Source: Solirubrobacterales bacterium
GTDB taxonomy: Bacteria > Actinomycetota > Thermoleophilia > Solirubrobacterales > 70-9
Length of the DNA: 64,000 bases
Assembly (NCBI GenBank): GCA_036379955.1
Contig: DASVFR010000037.1
Location: 37,280 to 101,279 of the forward strand
Direction of reading: 5' to 3'
In this document: positions 17,833-26,608 of the stretch, piece after piece
Layout of the letters: each line of letters begins with the position of its first letter
How positions within the stretch are numbered: the first letter of the stretch is position 1
The notes under the pieces: model-generated
What the model saw: only the letters and a program-made list of their open reading frames with translations
Databases searched by the model: none
What the model was told of the DNA's origin: nothing
Position numbers and translations under genes: made by a program

Positions 17833-18902
17833 GCAGGGGCAGAGGTCCAGCGCTCGGCGTTGGCCTCGTGGATTTCGCGCAGGATCTGCTCCAGGCCGCG
17901 CCGCGGGCGCCAGCCGCCGTGCTCGGAGCCGAACTCGCCGAGGTCGCTGATCCACCAGCGGTGGTCGCCGACGCGCGCCTCCTCGCCCATCTCCCAGCGC
18001 AGCTCGCGCCCCGCGACGCGCTCGCAGAGCTCGATCGCCTCCAGCATCGAGCAGGCGTTCTCGCGACCGCCGCCGATGTTGTAGACGGCAGCGGGGCGGG
18101 GCCTTTCGTGGAAGAGGAGGAAGGCGTCGACCAGGTCGGCGGCGTGCACGTTGTCGCGCACCTGCTTGCCCTCGTAGCCGAAGACGGTGTAGGGCTCGCC
18201 GGTGACGGTGCACTTCATCAGGTAGGCGAGGAAGCCGTGCAGCTGGGCGCCAGCGTGGTTGGGCCCGGTCAGGCAGCCGCCGCGGAAGCAGACGGTGGGC
18301 ATGTCGAAGTAGCGCCCGTACTCCTGCACCAGCAGGTCGGCGGCCGCCTTGGAGGCGCCGAAGAGCGAGTGCAGGGTGGAGTCGATCGACATCGAGGTGT
18401 CGATGCCGCCGAAGTAGGGATGGTCCTCGGGCAGCTCAAGCCGGGTCTCCAGCTCCTCCAGGGGCAGGCGATTGGGGGTGTCGCCGTAGACCTTGTTGGT
18501 CGAGGTGAAGACGAAGGTCGCCTCGGGGCAGCGGTTGCGGGTCGCCTCGAGCAGGTTGAGCGTGCCGTTGGCGTTGATCCCGAAATCGGCCTGCGGGTCG
18601 CTCGCGGCCCAGTCGTGGGAGGGCTGGGCGGCGGTATGGACGACGAGCTCGATCGCGCCGCCGGCCTCGGCGAAGACGCGGTCGATCCCCTCGGCGTCGC
18701 GGATGTCCAGATCGACCGTGCGGAACGTCTCGAGCTCGCGCTCGAGCCGCTCGGTCACCAAGGCGGTCGAGGCCTCCGGCCCGAAGAGGCGGGCCCGGGT
18801 GTCGTTCTCGATCCCGATCACGTCGTAGCCGGCCTCGACCAGGCGGGAGGTGGACTCGGAGCCGATCAGGCCCCCTGATCCGGTCACAATCGCAGTCGGC
18901 AT
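17829..18902 (-). CDS. SDR-family NAD-dependent epimerase/dehydratase (CDP-paratose 2-epimerase-like)
   Basis: [11 protein letters not shown] Rossmann motif, [20 protein letters not shown] (YxxxK region), [13 protein letters not shown]. Start at ATG 18902 with a GAGGAAG RBS. Confidence 0.7.
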   Translation of the reverse strand: MPTAIVTGSGGLIGSESTSRLVEAGYDVIGIENDTRARLFGPEASTALVTERLERELETFRTVDLDIRDAEGIDRVFAEAGGAIELVVHTAAQPSHDWAASDPQADFGINANGTLNLLEATRNRCPEATFVFTSTNKVYGDTPNRLPLEELETRLELPEDHPYFGGIDTSMSIDSTLHSLFGASKAAADLLVQEYGRYFDMPTVCFRGGCLTGPNHAGAQLHGFLAYLMKCTVTGEPYTVFGYEGKQVRDNVHAADLVDAFLLFHERPRPAAVYNIGGGRENACSMLEAIELCERVAGRELRWEMGEEARVGDHRWWISDLGEFGSEHGGWRPRRGLEQILREIHEANAERWTSAPA

Positions 18903-18924
18903 CGCTTCCTCGTGTCTCCTTCGT

Positions 18925-19992
18925 CTAGCGCCCGAATCCCAGCGCGGCGCGCAGCTCGTCCTCGTGCTCGGCGGACCAGTCAAGCAGGTCGGCCAGGACC
19001 TCGCGCGGCTCGCGGCGCGGCCGCCACGAGGTTATGGAGTGCAGGCGCGAGCAGTCGCTGAGGTAGACGGGCACGTCGCCGGGGCGGTTCTCCGGCTCGG
19101 CGCCGATCGGCACCTCGCGGCCGGTCAGCTCGCGGCAGAGCGCGGTCGTCTCCAGCAGCGAGAGGCTGCCCGCGCGGCCGCCGCCGACGTTGGCGACGAC
19201 GCCCGCCCAGCGCTGCGGCTCGCGCAGCTGCTCGTCGACCAGGTCGAGCAGGTCCTCAACGTGCAGCAGGTCCCGCACCTGCTTGCCCGAGCCGCCGTAG
19301 CCGATGTAGGAGAGGGGGCGGCCGAAGAGGTGGCTGAGCAGCCACCAGGAGAAGACGCCCTGGTCGACCTTGCCCATCTGCCAGGGGCCGGCGATCACGC
19401 CGCAGCGGTCGACCACCGCGCGCAGGCCGAAGGCGTCGGCGTACTCCTCGATCAGGTGCTCGGCGGAGAGCTTGGTCGCGCCGTAGAGGGTCCGCGGGCC
19501 GGCCATCGGGAAGTCCTCGGAGACGCCGGCCGGGCCGGCGCCGGGGACCGGCTGCTCGGCGGCGAGCTCGAAGCGGGTCTCCGCCTCCTCCAGGGCCAGC
19601 TGCAGCTGCGGCGCCACCGGGTAGACGCGGCTGGTCGAGAGGAAGACGACGAAGGCATTCTCGGCCCGGGCGCGCTCGAGGCAGTTGAAGGCGCCCACCA
19701 GGTTCGTCTGCACCGAGTAGGAGGCGTCGGCGAAGCCGGCCAGGACCGAGGGCTCGGCCGAGCACTCGAGCATCGCCTCGAAGGGCCCGGCCGCGGCGAG
19801 GTCGGCCGGCTCGCGCACGTCGCCGTGGACGAACTCGACGCCGGCCTCGCGCAGGCGCGGCAGGTTCAGCTCCGAGCCGCGCCGCATCAGGTTGTCGAGG
19901 GCGACGATCTCCCACTCGGGATGGCGCGCCGCGAGGCCGACGCAGAGGTTGGCGCCGACGAAGCCGGCGCCGCCGGTGACCAGTATCCGCAC
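18925..19992 (-). CDS. SDR-family NAD-dependent epimerase/dehydratase (CDP-paratose 2-epimerase-like paralogue)
   Basis: [50 protein letters not shown]. Confidence 0.7.
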   Translation of the reverse strand: MRILVTGGAGFVGANLCVGLAARHPEWEIVALDNLMRRGSELNLPRLREAGVEFVHGDVREPADLAAAGPFEAMLECSAEPSVLAGFADASYSVQTNLVGAFNCLERARAENAFVVFLSTSRVYPVAPQLQLALEEAETRFELAAEQPVPGAGPAGVSEDFPMAGPRTLYGATKLSAEHLIEEYADAFGLRAVVDRCGVIAGPWQMGKVDQGVFSWWLLSHLFGRPLSYIGYGGSGKQVRDLLHVEDLLDLVDEQLREPQRWAGVVANVGGGRAGSLSLLETTALCRELTGREVPIGAEPENRPGDVPVYLSDCSRLHSITSWRPRREPREVLADLLDWSAEHEDELRAALGFGR

Positions 19993-20017
19993 GCCGGGAC
20001 TATATGTTGCGCGGCCG

Positions 20018-21967
20018 GTGGCAAAGGAAGGCTCGACGTCGCAGGGCAGGCGGCCGTTCTCGGCGGCCCGGGAGTGGACGGCCTCGCACCCGGTCGCGAC
20101 CGCGGCGCTCGCCTACGGCCTGCTCGCCGTGGCCGCCGCCATCGCCGCCTTCTACTCGCTCTTCGATCAGTTCGCCTTCTACGACGACGAGGGAACGCTG
20201 CTGGTCGCGCTGAAGGCGTTCGCCGGCGGCCAGGCGCTCTACCGCGACATCTACGCCGCCTACGGGCCGTTCTTCTTCGACGTCTTCGGCGGTTTCTTCG
20301 CCCTCACCGGATGGGCGGTCACCAACGACGCCAGCCGCCTGATTGTCGGCGTCGTCTGGATCGCGAGCAGCGTCGGCTTCGGCGTCGCCGTCCAGCGGCT
20401 CAGCGGCCGCCTGGCCCTGGGGCTCGGCGGCGCGATCGTCGCCTTCTCGACCCTCAGCGTGCTCGCCGCCGAGCCGATGCACCCGCAGGTGGCGATCGCG
20501 CCGCTGCTCGCCGGGATCACCCTGCTCGTCGCGCTCGGGCCCAGCCACAGGGTCGCCTGGGCCGGGGCGGCTACCGGGGCGCTGATCGGCTGCCTGGTGC
20601 TGACCAAGATCAACGTCGGCGGCTACGCCGCGATCGCCGCGGCGGTGGCCGCGGTCTTCGCCTGGGGGCCGCTCTACCGCCGCCGCTGGCTGCGCTGGCT
20701 GGCGGTGGCGGGCCTTCTCCTCCTGCCCTTCGCGGTCATGCTCCCCGACCTGCGCGAAGAATGGGTGCGCGACTTCGCCGCGCTCGAGCTGCTCGCCTTC
20801 GCTGCGGTGGCGATCGCCGCCCACACGGCGCGGCCGTCGCCGGGTGAGCCCGAAGCGCGGCTCGGGCGCTGGCTGCTGGCGGGGCTGGTGGGCGCGGTGG
20901 GAGCGGCCGTCGCGATCCTCGCCCTGCTCGTGCTGACCGGGCCGAGCGTCTCGGAGGCCTACGACGGGATCGTCACCCAGGGACTGAAGCTGCGCAGCGC
21001 CTTCATGATCCCGCTCACCACGCCGGGGGCGGCGATCGACTGGGGCATCTTCGCGGTCGCCGCCGCCGGTCTGACCGTCTGGCTGCGCCGCGAAGGGACG
21101 GCAGGGCCCTCGCTCTGGCCGGGCCTGCTGCGCGTCGGGGCCGGGGTCGCGATCTGGTTCACGGTCGTCGGCTCCTCGCCGCTCTCGCTCAGCCCGACCG
21201 GCAACTACATCGCCTTGCCGATGGCGCTGGCCTGGATCGTCGCCCTGGCTCCGTCCGGCGCTACCGAGGCTCCCTACCGTCGCTTCGCCCGCATCTTCCT
21301 GCCGCTGCTGGCGGTGGCCCAGACCCTCCAGGCCTACCCGGTCGCGGGCAGCCAGGTCCGCATCGCCTCGGTCGCCTTCGTCGCGGTCGGCGCCGTCTGC
21401 ATGAGCGACGGGATCGGCCAGCTGCGCGCCTGGAGCGCCGCGGCGGGCTGGCGGGCGCCGCGCTTCGAGGCGGCGAGCCTGGCGGCGACCGCGGCCCTCG
21501 CCGCGGTGCTCGGCTTCCACTCAATCGTCTCCTCGGCCGCGGGCGGGCTGGTCGCCTACGGGGAACGTCCGGCGCTGCCCTACCCCGGCGCCGACCTCCT
21601 GCACCTCGCCCCGCCGCAGGGCGAAGAATACGTCCAGCTCGTCGACCTCCTGCACGAGCACGGCTGCACCACCTTCATCGGCTTCCCCAACGTCGACAGC
21701 CTCTATCTCTTTGCCGAAATCGAGCCGCCGAAGCCGAACGCGCCGGGCGCCTGGCCGATCCTCCTGCCGCACGACCAGCAGCGGCGCGTGGTCGAGCAGA
21801 TGCGCGCCTCGCCCCGTCCCTGCGCGATCCGCAACGATGGCCTCGCCGACACCGCCTGGCTGCACGGCACCCCGCCCGACGAAAGCGAACCCCTGATCCA
21901 CTACATCTTCGACGACTTCAAGACCGTCGACACGGTCGGGGAATTCGAATTCCAGGTGGCGAAGTAG
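20018..21967 (+). CDS. large polytopic membrane protein with soluble C-terminal domain (possible GT-C-type transferase)
   Basis: Multiple hydrophobic helices (AALAYGLLAVAAAIAAFYSLF...). GTG 20018 is chosen because the tracked start 19892 overlaps the divergent epimerase gene. Confidence 0.5.
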   Translation: MAKEGSTSQGRRPFSAAREWTASHPVATAALAYGLLAVAAAIAAFYSLFDQFAFYDDEGTLLVALKAFAGGQALYRDIYAAYGPFFFDVFGGFFALTGWAVTNDASRLIVGVVWIASSVGFGVAVQRLSGRLALGLGGAIVAFSTLSVLAAEPMHPQVAIAPLLAGITLLVALGPSHRVAWAGAATGALIGCLVLTKINVGGYAAIAAAVAAVFAWGPLYRRRWLRWLAVAGLLLLPFAVMLPDLREEWVRDFAALELLAFAAVAIAAHTARPSPGEPEARLGRWLLAGLVGAVGAAVAILALLVLTGPSVSEAYDGIVTQGLKLRSAFMIPLTTPGAAIDWGIFAVAAAGLTVWLRREGTAGPSLWPGLLRVGAGVAIWFTVVGSSPLSLSPTGNYIALPMALAWIVALAPSGATEAPYRRFARIFLPLLAVAQTLQAYPVAGSQVRIASVAFVAVGAVCMSDGIGQLRAWSAAAGWRAPRFEAASLAATAALAAVLGFHSIVSSAAGGLVAYGERPALPYPGADLLHLAPPQGEEYVQLVDLLHEHGCTTFIGFPNVDSLYLFAEIEPPKPNAPGAWPILLPHDQQRRVVEQMRASPRPCAIRNDGLADTAWLHGTPPDESEPLIHYIFDDFKTVDTVGEFEFQVAK

Positions 21968-21988
21968 AACGAGCGCGATGCCGCCGGC

Positions 21989-22993
21989 TCAGCCGACCGG
22001 CGACCGGGACATCTGCTGCTCGGCCTGCGCGTGGATCCACTCGTAGGTCTTCGTCAGACCGTCGCGCAGCGAGATCGAGGGCTGCCAGCCGTACGTCCGC
22101 TCGATCAGGGCGTTGTCGGAGTTGCGCCCTCGCACTCCCTGCGGCGCGTCCAGCTTGTAGCTCCGCTCCAGCTCGATGCCGGCGATCTCCTCAGCCAGGT
22201 CGACGAGCTGGTTGATGGTCACGAGCTCGGAGGAGCCGAGGTTGATCGGCTCGATCCGGGGGCCCTCGGCGATCATCAGGGTCCCCTTCACGCAGTCGTC
22301 GATGTACATGAAGCTGCGGGTCTGCTTGCCGTCGCCCCAGATCTCGATCCGGTGCTCGCCGCTGAGCTGCGCTTCCGCCACCTTGCGGCAGATCGCCGCC
22401 GGCGCCTTCTCGCGACCCCCGTCCCAGGTCCCATGCGGCCCGTAGGCGTTGTGGTAGCGGGCGACGCGGGTCTCGAGGCCGAAGTCCTCCATGAAGTGAC
22501 GGCACATGCGCTCGCTGAAGAGCTTCTCCCAGCCGTAGCCGTCCTCCGGCATCGCCGGGTAGGCGTCGGCCTCGCGCAGCGCCACCACCTCGGGGCTGCC
22601 CTGCTTTTCGGCCGCGTAGACGCACGCCGAGGAGGAGTAGAAGAAGCGCTCGACGCCGCTGTCGCGCGCCGCGATCAGCATGTGGGTCGAGGGCAGCACC
22701 GAGAGCATGCAGAGGGCTTTGTTGCCCTCGATGAAGCCCATACCGCCCATGTCGCAGGCGAGGTTGTAGACCTCCGAGGCGCCCTCGACAGCCTCGCGGG
22801 CCGCCTCGAGCAGGGAGACGTCGAGGACCCGGTTGTCGGCCCCCTCGAAGACCTGATGCCACTCCTCCAGCGGCTTGCAGTCCACCGAGCGCACCTCGCG
22901 GCCCTGGCGCAGCAGCTCGCCGACGAGATGACCGCCGATGAAGCCGCCGCCGCCGGCAACGAGAACGGCGCCGCCTGGAGTCGAACTCGACAT
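21989..22993 (-). CDS. gme: GDP-mannose 3,5-epimerase-like SDR
   Basis: Runs of identity to the GME family as I remember it: LACDMGGMGFI, FFYSSSACVY, YGPHGTWDGGREKAPAAICRK, GVRGRNSDN. Confidence 0.75.
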   Translation of the reverse strand: MSSSTPGGAVLVAGGGGFIGGHLVGELLRQGREVRSVDCKPLEEWHQVFEGADNRVLDVSLLEAAREAVEGASEVYNLACDMGGMGFIEGNKALCMLSVLPSTHMLIAARDSGVERFFYSSSACVYAAEKQGSPEVVALREADAYPAMPEDGYGWEKLFSERMCRHFMEDFGLETRVARYHNAYGPHGTWDGGREKAPAAICRKVAEAQLSGEHRIEIWGDGKQTRSFMYIDDCVKGTLMIAEGPRIEPINLGSSELVTINQLVDLAEEIAGIELERSYKLDAPQGVRGRNSDNALIERTYGWQPSISLRDGLTKTYEWIHAQAEQQMSRSPVG

Positions 22994-23061
22994 CCGCCGG
23001 AATACTAGTCAGCCACGCTCTCGGTCATCATTCGCTCGCCTTCACGCTAACCCGACCGAGG

Positions 23062-23203
23062 TCAACGGATCAGCTTGACGGCGACGCTGACTTCTGGGAG
23101 GTCTGTCCAATCTTTGTCCGCTGTGACCGCAGGCACCTCGAAACGGGCAGCCAGCGCGAGGCACGCCCGGTCGCCGAAGGACAGCCCTTGGGCACCGGGC
23201 TCG
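23062..23203 (-). pseudogene. 3' fragment of a PIN-domain (vapC-like) gene separated from its 5' part by the 3.08-kb insertion
   Basis: Reads ..GAQGLSFGDRACLALAARFEVPAVTADKDWTDLPEVSVAVKLIR*, a classic VapC C-terminus. It abuts the left terminal repeat. Confidence 0.7.
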
Positions 23204-23576
23204 GGTAGTGGGTCAGTTTGAACTGACCTGCGTCCTGATCGCTTCGGCCTGCGCTGGGGTCAGCAACCAACGCCCTCCTTTGCCAGGGGCATCGCCTGGA
23301 AGAGTTCATGGGCAACCCGCCGAGTTTGGCGAGCACCAGCGCTTCGCGAGCCAGTCTGAGCGCTCCCCCATAGCTGAACAGCAAGCTCGGTAGGGGTCAG
23401 CGTCTCCATGCGCTGAGGCTAGCGAGCAATCAACCCAGCAGCGCCGCGATCAACAACGCGGGCGATTTGAGGTAGCGGGCCGCCGAGCTGTCGCCTATGC
23501 GAGACTGGGACCATGAGTGCCAGACCGATCCTGCATATTTGGGTACGCGGGTTGACTTCTCGCCGAGATTGCCGAT

Positions 23577-23786
23577 ATGGTGCCTGCGATGGCCGTTGAG
23601 ATTGGCGCCAATGGCGGGTTTGGCGAGTGCGTCTCCCTTACGGGAGACGATGCTACGCGCTTTGTGGACGACATTCTGCGTCCGTCTACTGACGCGCGTC
23701 GACTCGCCCATCTAGAGCGTTCCGACGAGTCTTTCGAGCGCTCCTTCTCGCCAGAGCCGATCAGCGAACTACCGACTGGCGAGTAA
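23577..23786 (+). CDS. possible DUF1778-like antitoxin (C-terminal part only; N-terminal RHH region not intact)
   Basis: SLTGDDATRFVDDILRPSTDARRLAHL resembles the TacA/DUF1778 C-terminal segment (LSxxDxxxFxxxLxxPxxPNxxL). It lies immediately upstream of the GNAT gene. Confidence 0.35.
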   Translation: MVPAMAVEIGANGGFGECVSLTGDDATRFVDDILRPSTDARRLAHLERSDESFERSFSPEPISELPTGE

Positions 23787-23792
23787 GCCACA

Positions 23793-24410
23793 TTGGCGCC
23801 GCAGCTCCGGCGCTTGGCGCTTCCGCTTGCTGCGCCACTGCTCGATGCGATTGGCGGGTTCGACTGCGTCGGCGAGCACCATCCAGGCGATCCGGTCGCT
23901 GACAACGTCAACAGCTTCCTGGCGGGCATGCGATTCCTAGATGGCTTGCGGCACGGCGTTAGCGCGACGTATCTCTGGATCGATCCGGGCGCTTCGCCCC
24001 AGATCGTCGGATACGCGACCTTGACCTTTGACTCAGTTCGCTTGACGAACGCAGAGAAGAGACGCATGGAGAACATCGGCTTCTCTGATTTCGGTGCCCT
24101 GCGCATCCAGATGATAGGCGTGGACCATCGCCACCAGCGAAACGGTCATGGCGGCGAGCTACTGCGAAGCGTTACGGGCCTGGCCCGCAAACTTTCCCAA
24201 GACGTAGCTGTTCGCTTCCTCCTAGCGGACGCCAATGTGCGGATGGTCGATTGGTATGAAGGAGCAGGCTTCGTACGAAACCAAGCTGACCGCTATGCGA
24301 CGAGGCCCGATCCCGAGCGCAGCGTTTCGATGCGCCTCGACCTGCTTGAGGGCCTTCAAGGAGAGGGCGTCGAAGCGGCTCCCGCAGTCGCAGAGGCGAT
24401 GAGCGAGTAG
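23793..24410 (+). CDS. GNAT-family acetyltransferase, TacT/KacT-like toxin candidate
   Basis: FDCVGE motif near the N-terminus, IVGYATLTFDSV, VDHRHQRNGHGGELL (acetyl-CoA loop), and the position downstream of an antitoxin-like ORF. TTG start. Confidence 0.55.
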   Translation: MAPQLRRLALPLAAPLLDAIGGFDCVGEHHPGDPVADNVNSFLAGMRFLDGLRHGVSATYLWIDPGASPQIVGYATLTFDSVRLTNAEKRRMENIGFSDFGALRIQMIGVDHRHQRNGHGGELLRSVTGLARKLSQDVAVRFLLADANVRMVDWYEGAGFVRNQADRYATRPDPERSVSMRLDLLEGLQGEGVEAAPAVAEAMSE

Positions 24411-24419
24411 GTCCAAAGC

Positions 24420-24555
24420 TAGTCAAGCAGCCTGCGATCTCTTCAAGCGACCAGACGTGATTGGCCACCCCGGTTGCCATCGCTGGCGTCCGGGGATAGC
24501 GATCCTTCAGCGCTTTGTGAGAACGGGCGAAGTTGTAGAGCCACAATCGCCAGCA
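24420..24555 (-). pseudogene. C-terminal remnant of an IS1-family-like DDE transposase
   Basis: WLYNFARSHKALKDRYPRTPAMATGVANHVWSLEEIAG matches the YNFxRxHxxL...TPAMxxGxxxHVWxxEE C-terminal signature seen in proteins annotated IS1 family. An upstream in-frame stop leaves no catalytic domain. Confidence 0.55.
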
Positions 24556-24770
24556 GCGCCGCAGGCCACCTCCGGAGTTCTGGATCAAGGTCGGGCTAGC
24601 CGTCAGCGCTGCGCAGCTACTCACCGGCTGGCACGCGCTGCTGTCGCCCTCGTTGTGCTCGCCCTCCCGGTGTGGCTATTCCGCCCACGAGCCAATGCCG
24701 CATTCCTTTGATGGAGGCCAAGCCATAGATCGGTACGGCAAAAGTCCTCTCAAGGTAAAGGAGAAATTCT

Positions 24771-26159
24771 GTGACGACCGATACGCCCACCGTGAATCCG
24801 GTGGGCTATCTCGAAACCGGCGTCCTATATTGCGACGACAATCTCCGACGTCTGACGCAGTTCCCCGCTGACTGCGTCGATCTGGTCTATCTCGACCCGC
24901 CGTTCTTTTCCAATCGCAACTACGAGGTTATCTGGGGTGATGAGGCGGAGGTCCGGTCCTTCGAGGATCGCTGGGAGGGTGGCATAGATCACTACGTCGA
25001 ATGGATGTCACACCGACTTCGTGAGCTGCATCGAATCTTGAAGCCAACGGGCTCTCTCTACTTGCACTGCGATTGGCACGCGAGCCATCATCTCCGGCTC
25101 CTGCTTGATGAAATTTTCGGCCCGCAAATGTTCAGAAACGAGATTGTGTGGCACTACCGCCGCTGGACCGGCGAGTCTCGATCCTTCTTGAAGATGCACG
25201 ACACACTGTTCTTCTACACCAAGACAAAAGACTACGAGTTCAATCGCCAGTTCACTGACTACACGGAGGCTTCGGCGAAACGGAAGGAGAACTACCATAC
25301 TCGGATTAAGGGGGATGAAGTCTTCGTGACTTCGGTCGACGAGCGGGGAGTAGCTGAGAACGATGTATGGCAGATTCCGCTAATCAATTCCCAGGCCAGA
25401 GAGCGGCTTGGCTACCCAACGCAAAAGCCCGAGGCGCTCCTTGAGCGCATCATTGCTGCCTCCAGCAATGAGGGAGGCATCGTCTTGGATCCTTTTGCGG
25501 GCTGTGGCACTACTCAGGTGGTAGCAGAGAGAATGCGTCGGCAGTGGATCGGCATCGACATCAGTCCTACGGCGGTCAACCTGATGCGTCGAAGGCTTCT
25601 GAAGGCGACTAATGGAGCAGTAGATATGCAGGTTATTGGCCTCCCAGTAACGGAGGTGGAGCTTGCGAAACTCAAGCCGTTCGAGTTCCAAAACTGGGTT
25701 ATTCAGCGTGTCAACGGTACTCATTCCCCCAGACTTACTAACGACAAGGGCATTGACGGATTCTGGTTTATGACCCATGATCCGATCCAGGTAAAGCAGG
25801 GGAAGGTCGGCAGGAACGTTGTCGATAATTTCGAGACCGCGATTGAGCGTGCGAAGTGCGATATCGGTTACATCATCGGCCTTGACTTCACACGCGACGC
25901 AAGGAGTGAGGTAGCCCGTGTCAGGAGAGTCAAGGGTCTTGATATCAAGTTGATTCGGGTCCGAGACCTAATTGGGGATCAGGAGAACGATCTTCGTACG
26001 CCGGACGTTCTAGCGAAGCTAGATCCAGCAAATCGGCCTAAAACATTCCTTGATATGCCACTGCCGGAGGGAAGAAAGAAGCGAGCACGCCCTTCGGTTA
26101 ATGATCTGCTCGGTAAGAGCAAGCGATCTAGGAAAAAAGCTTCGCTGAAAAACGCGTAG
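24771..26159 (+). CDS. beta-class N6A/N4C DNA methyltransferase fused to a C-terminal Mrr-like PD-(D/E)xK restriction-endonuclease domain
   Basis: Motif IV (LVYLDPPFFS) precedes motif I (LDPFAGCGTT). The C-terminal segment FEFQNWVIQRV...DKGIDGF...PIQVKQGKVGRNVVDNFETAI...GYIIGLDFTRDA has the Mrr_cat pattern. AAGGAG RBS before GTG 24771. Confidence 0.75.
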   Translation: MTTDTPTVNPVGYLETGVLYCDDNLRRLTQFPADCVDLVYLDPPFFSNRNYEVIWGDEAEVRSFEDRWEGGIDHYVEWMSHRLRELHRILKPTGSLYLHCDWHASHHLRLLLDEIFGPQMFRNEIVWHYRRWTGESRSFLKMHDTLFFYTKTKDYEFNRQFTDYTEASAKRKENYHTRIKGDEVFVTSVDERGVAENDVWQIPLINSQARERLGYPTQKPEALLERIIAASSNEGGIVLDPFAGCGTTQVVAERMRRQWIGIDISPTAVNLMRRRLLKATNGAVDMQVIGLPVTEVELAKLKPFEFQNWVIQRVNGTHSPRLTNDKGIDGFWFMTHDPIQVKQGKVGRNVVDNFETAIERAKCDIGYIIGLDFTRDARSEVARVRRVKGLDIKLIRVRDLIGDQENDLRTPDVLAKLDPANRPKTFLDMPLPEGRKKRARPSVNDLLGKSKRSRKKASLKNA

Positions 26160-26210
26160 CTCGTAGCTGCTCGCAGGCTACCGTTGCCAACGCGCTTGAG
26201 CGGTGGCGCG

Positions 26211-26231
26211 AGCGATCTCTGATCGCTTTTT
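26211..26231 (+). terminator. intrinsic terminator after the methyltransferase
   Basis: AGCGATC-tct-GATCGCT stem-loop followed by TTTTT. Confidence 0.6.
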
Positions 26232-26280
26232 GAGGAAGAAATCGCTCGGATCTAGGGCGATTTCAAACTGACCCACTACC

Positions 26281-26338
26281 CGGGCTCGTCTTGCAGCAGG
26301 CCAGCAACGCTGAGGCGTCGAGACTCGAAGCCGGGATG
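26281..26338 (-). pseudogene. 5' fragment of the interrupted vapC-like gene
   Basis: Reads ..LDASALLA / LLQDEPG (one frameshift between them) directly downstream of the antitoxin stop. It ends at the right terminal repeat. Confidence 0.55.
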
Positions 26339-26527
26339 TCAGCCCTTGGCACGTCGCCGCTCGGCCTCTGCCCGCTCTTCTGCGCGGACCTCGGCTCGAC
26401 GGTCGGCGATCAGCTCATCTGCCAGGCTCACCCTAGGGGCAACGTGCGCGAACATGCCGCGCATCTGCTCGGCCGCCTCGCGGCGACGCTTGACAACGGC
26501 TTCGTCTGCCTTGGTGGCGTGGGCCAT
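26339..26527 (-). CDS. small antitoxin-like protein (VapB-like C-terminal motif)
   Basis: 62 aa, ...VSLADELIADRRAEVRAEERAEAERR, an antitoxin-type tail. It sits immediately upstream of the PIN fragments. Confidence 0.45.
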   Translation of the reverse strand: MAHATKADEAVVKRRREAAEQMRGMFAHVAPRVSLADELIADRRAEVRAEERAEAERRRAKG

Positions 26528-26608
26528 TCCCTCATGGTATCGGCCGGGGTCGAAGCGACCTCAATCCGGGGCCCCTGGGGCAACATGCCATTTGCGTCGG
26601 CTCTGGCC

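Larger units (their letters stand above)
23204..26280. mobile_element. 3077-bp cargo-carrying insertion with 19-bp terminal inverted repeats and 8-bp target-site duplication (IS1-family-like, degenerate)
   Basis: GGTAGTGGGTCAGTTTGAA at 23204-23222 and its exact reverse complement at 26262-26280. Direct repeat CGGGCTCG at 23196-23203 and 26281-26288. The interior is visibly lower in G+C and contains a transposase C-terminal remnant. Confidence 0.8.

Noticed and set aside
18850-20847. 665-aa plus-strand ORF
   Set aside because: Its first half is antisense to the well-supported epimerase gene 18925..19992, and its second half is out of frame with the membrane protein 20018..21967. The translation is low-complexity.
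23204-26280. Invertible (phase-variable) DNA segment bounded by inverted repeats
   Set aside because: No recombinase or invertase gene lies inside or adjacent to the segment. The 8-bp direct duplication and the in-frame restoration of the vapC remnant fit transposition better. Inversion cannot be excluded without read-level data.
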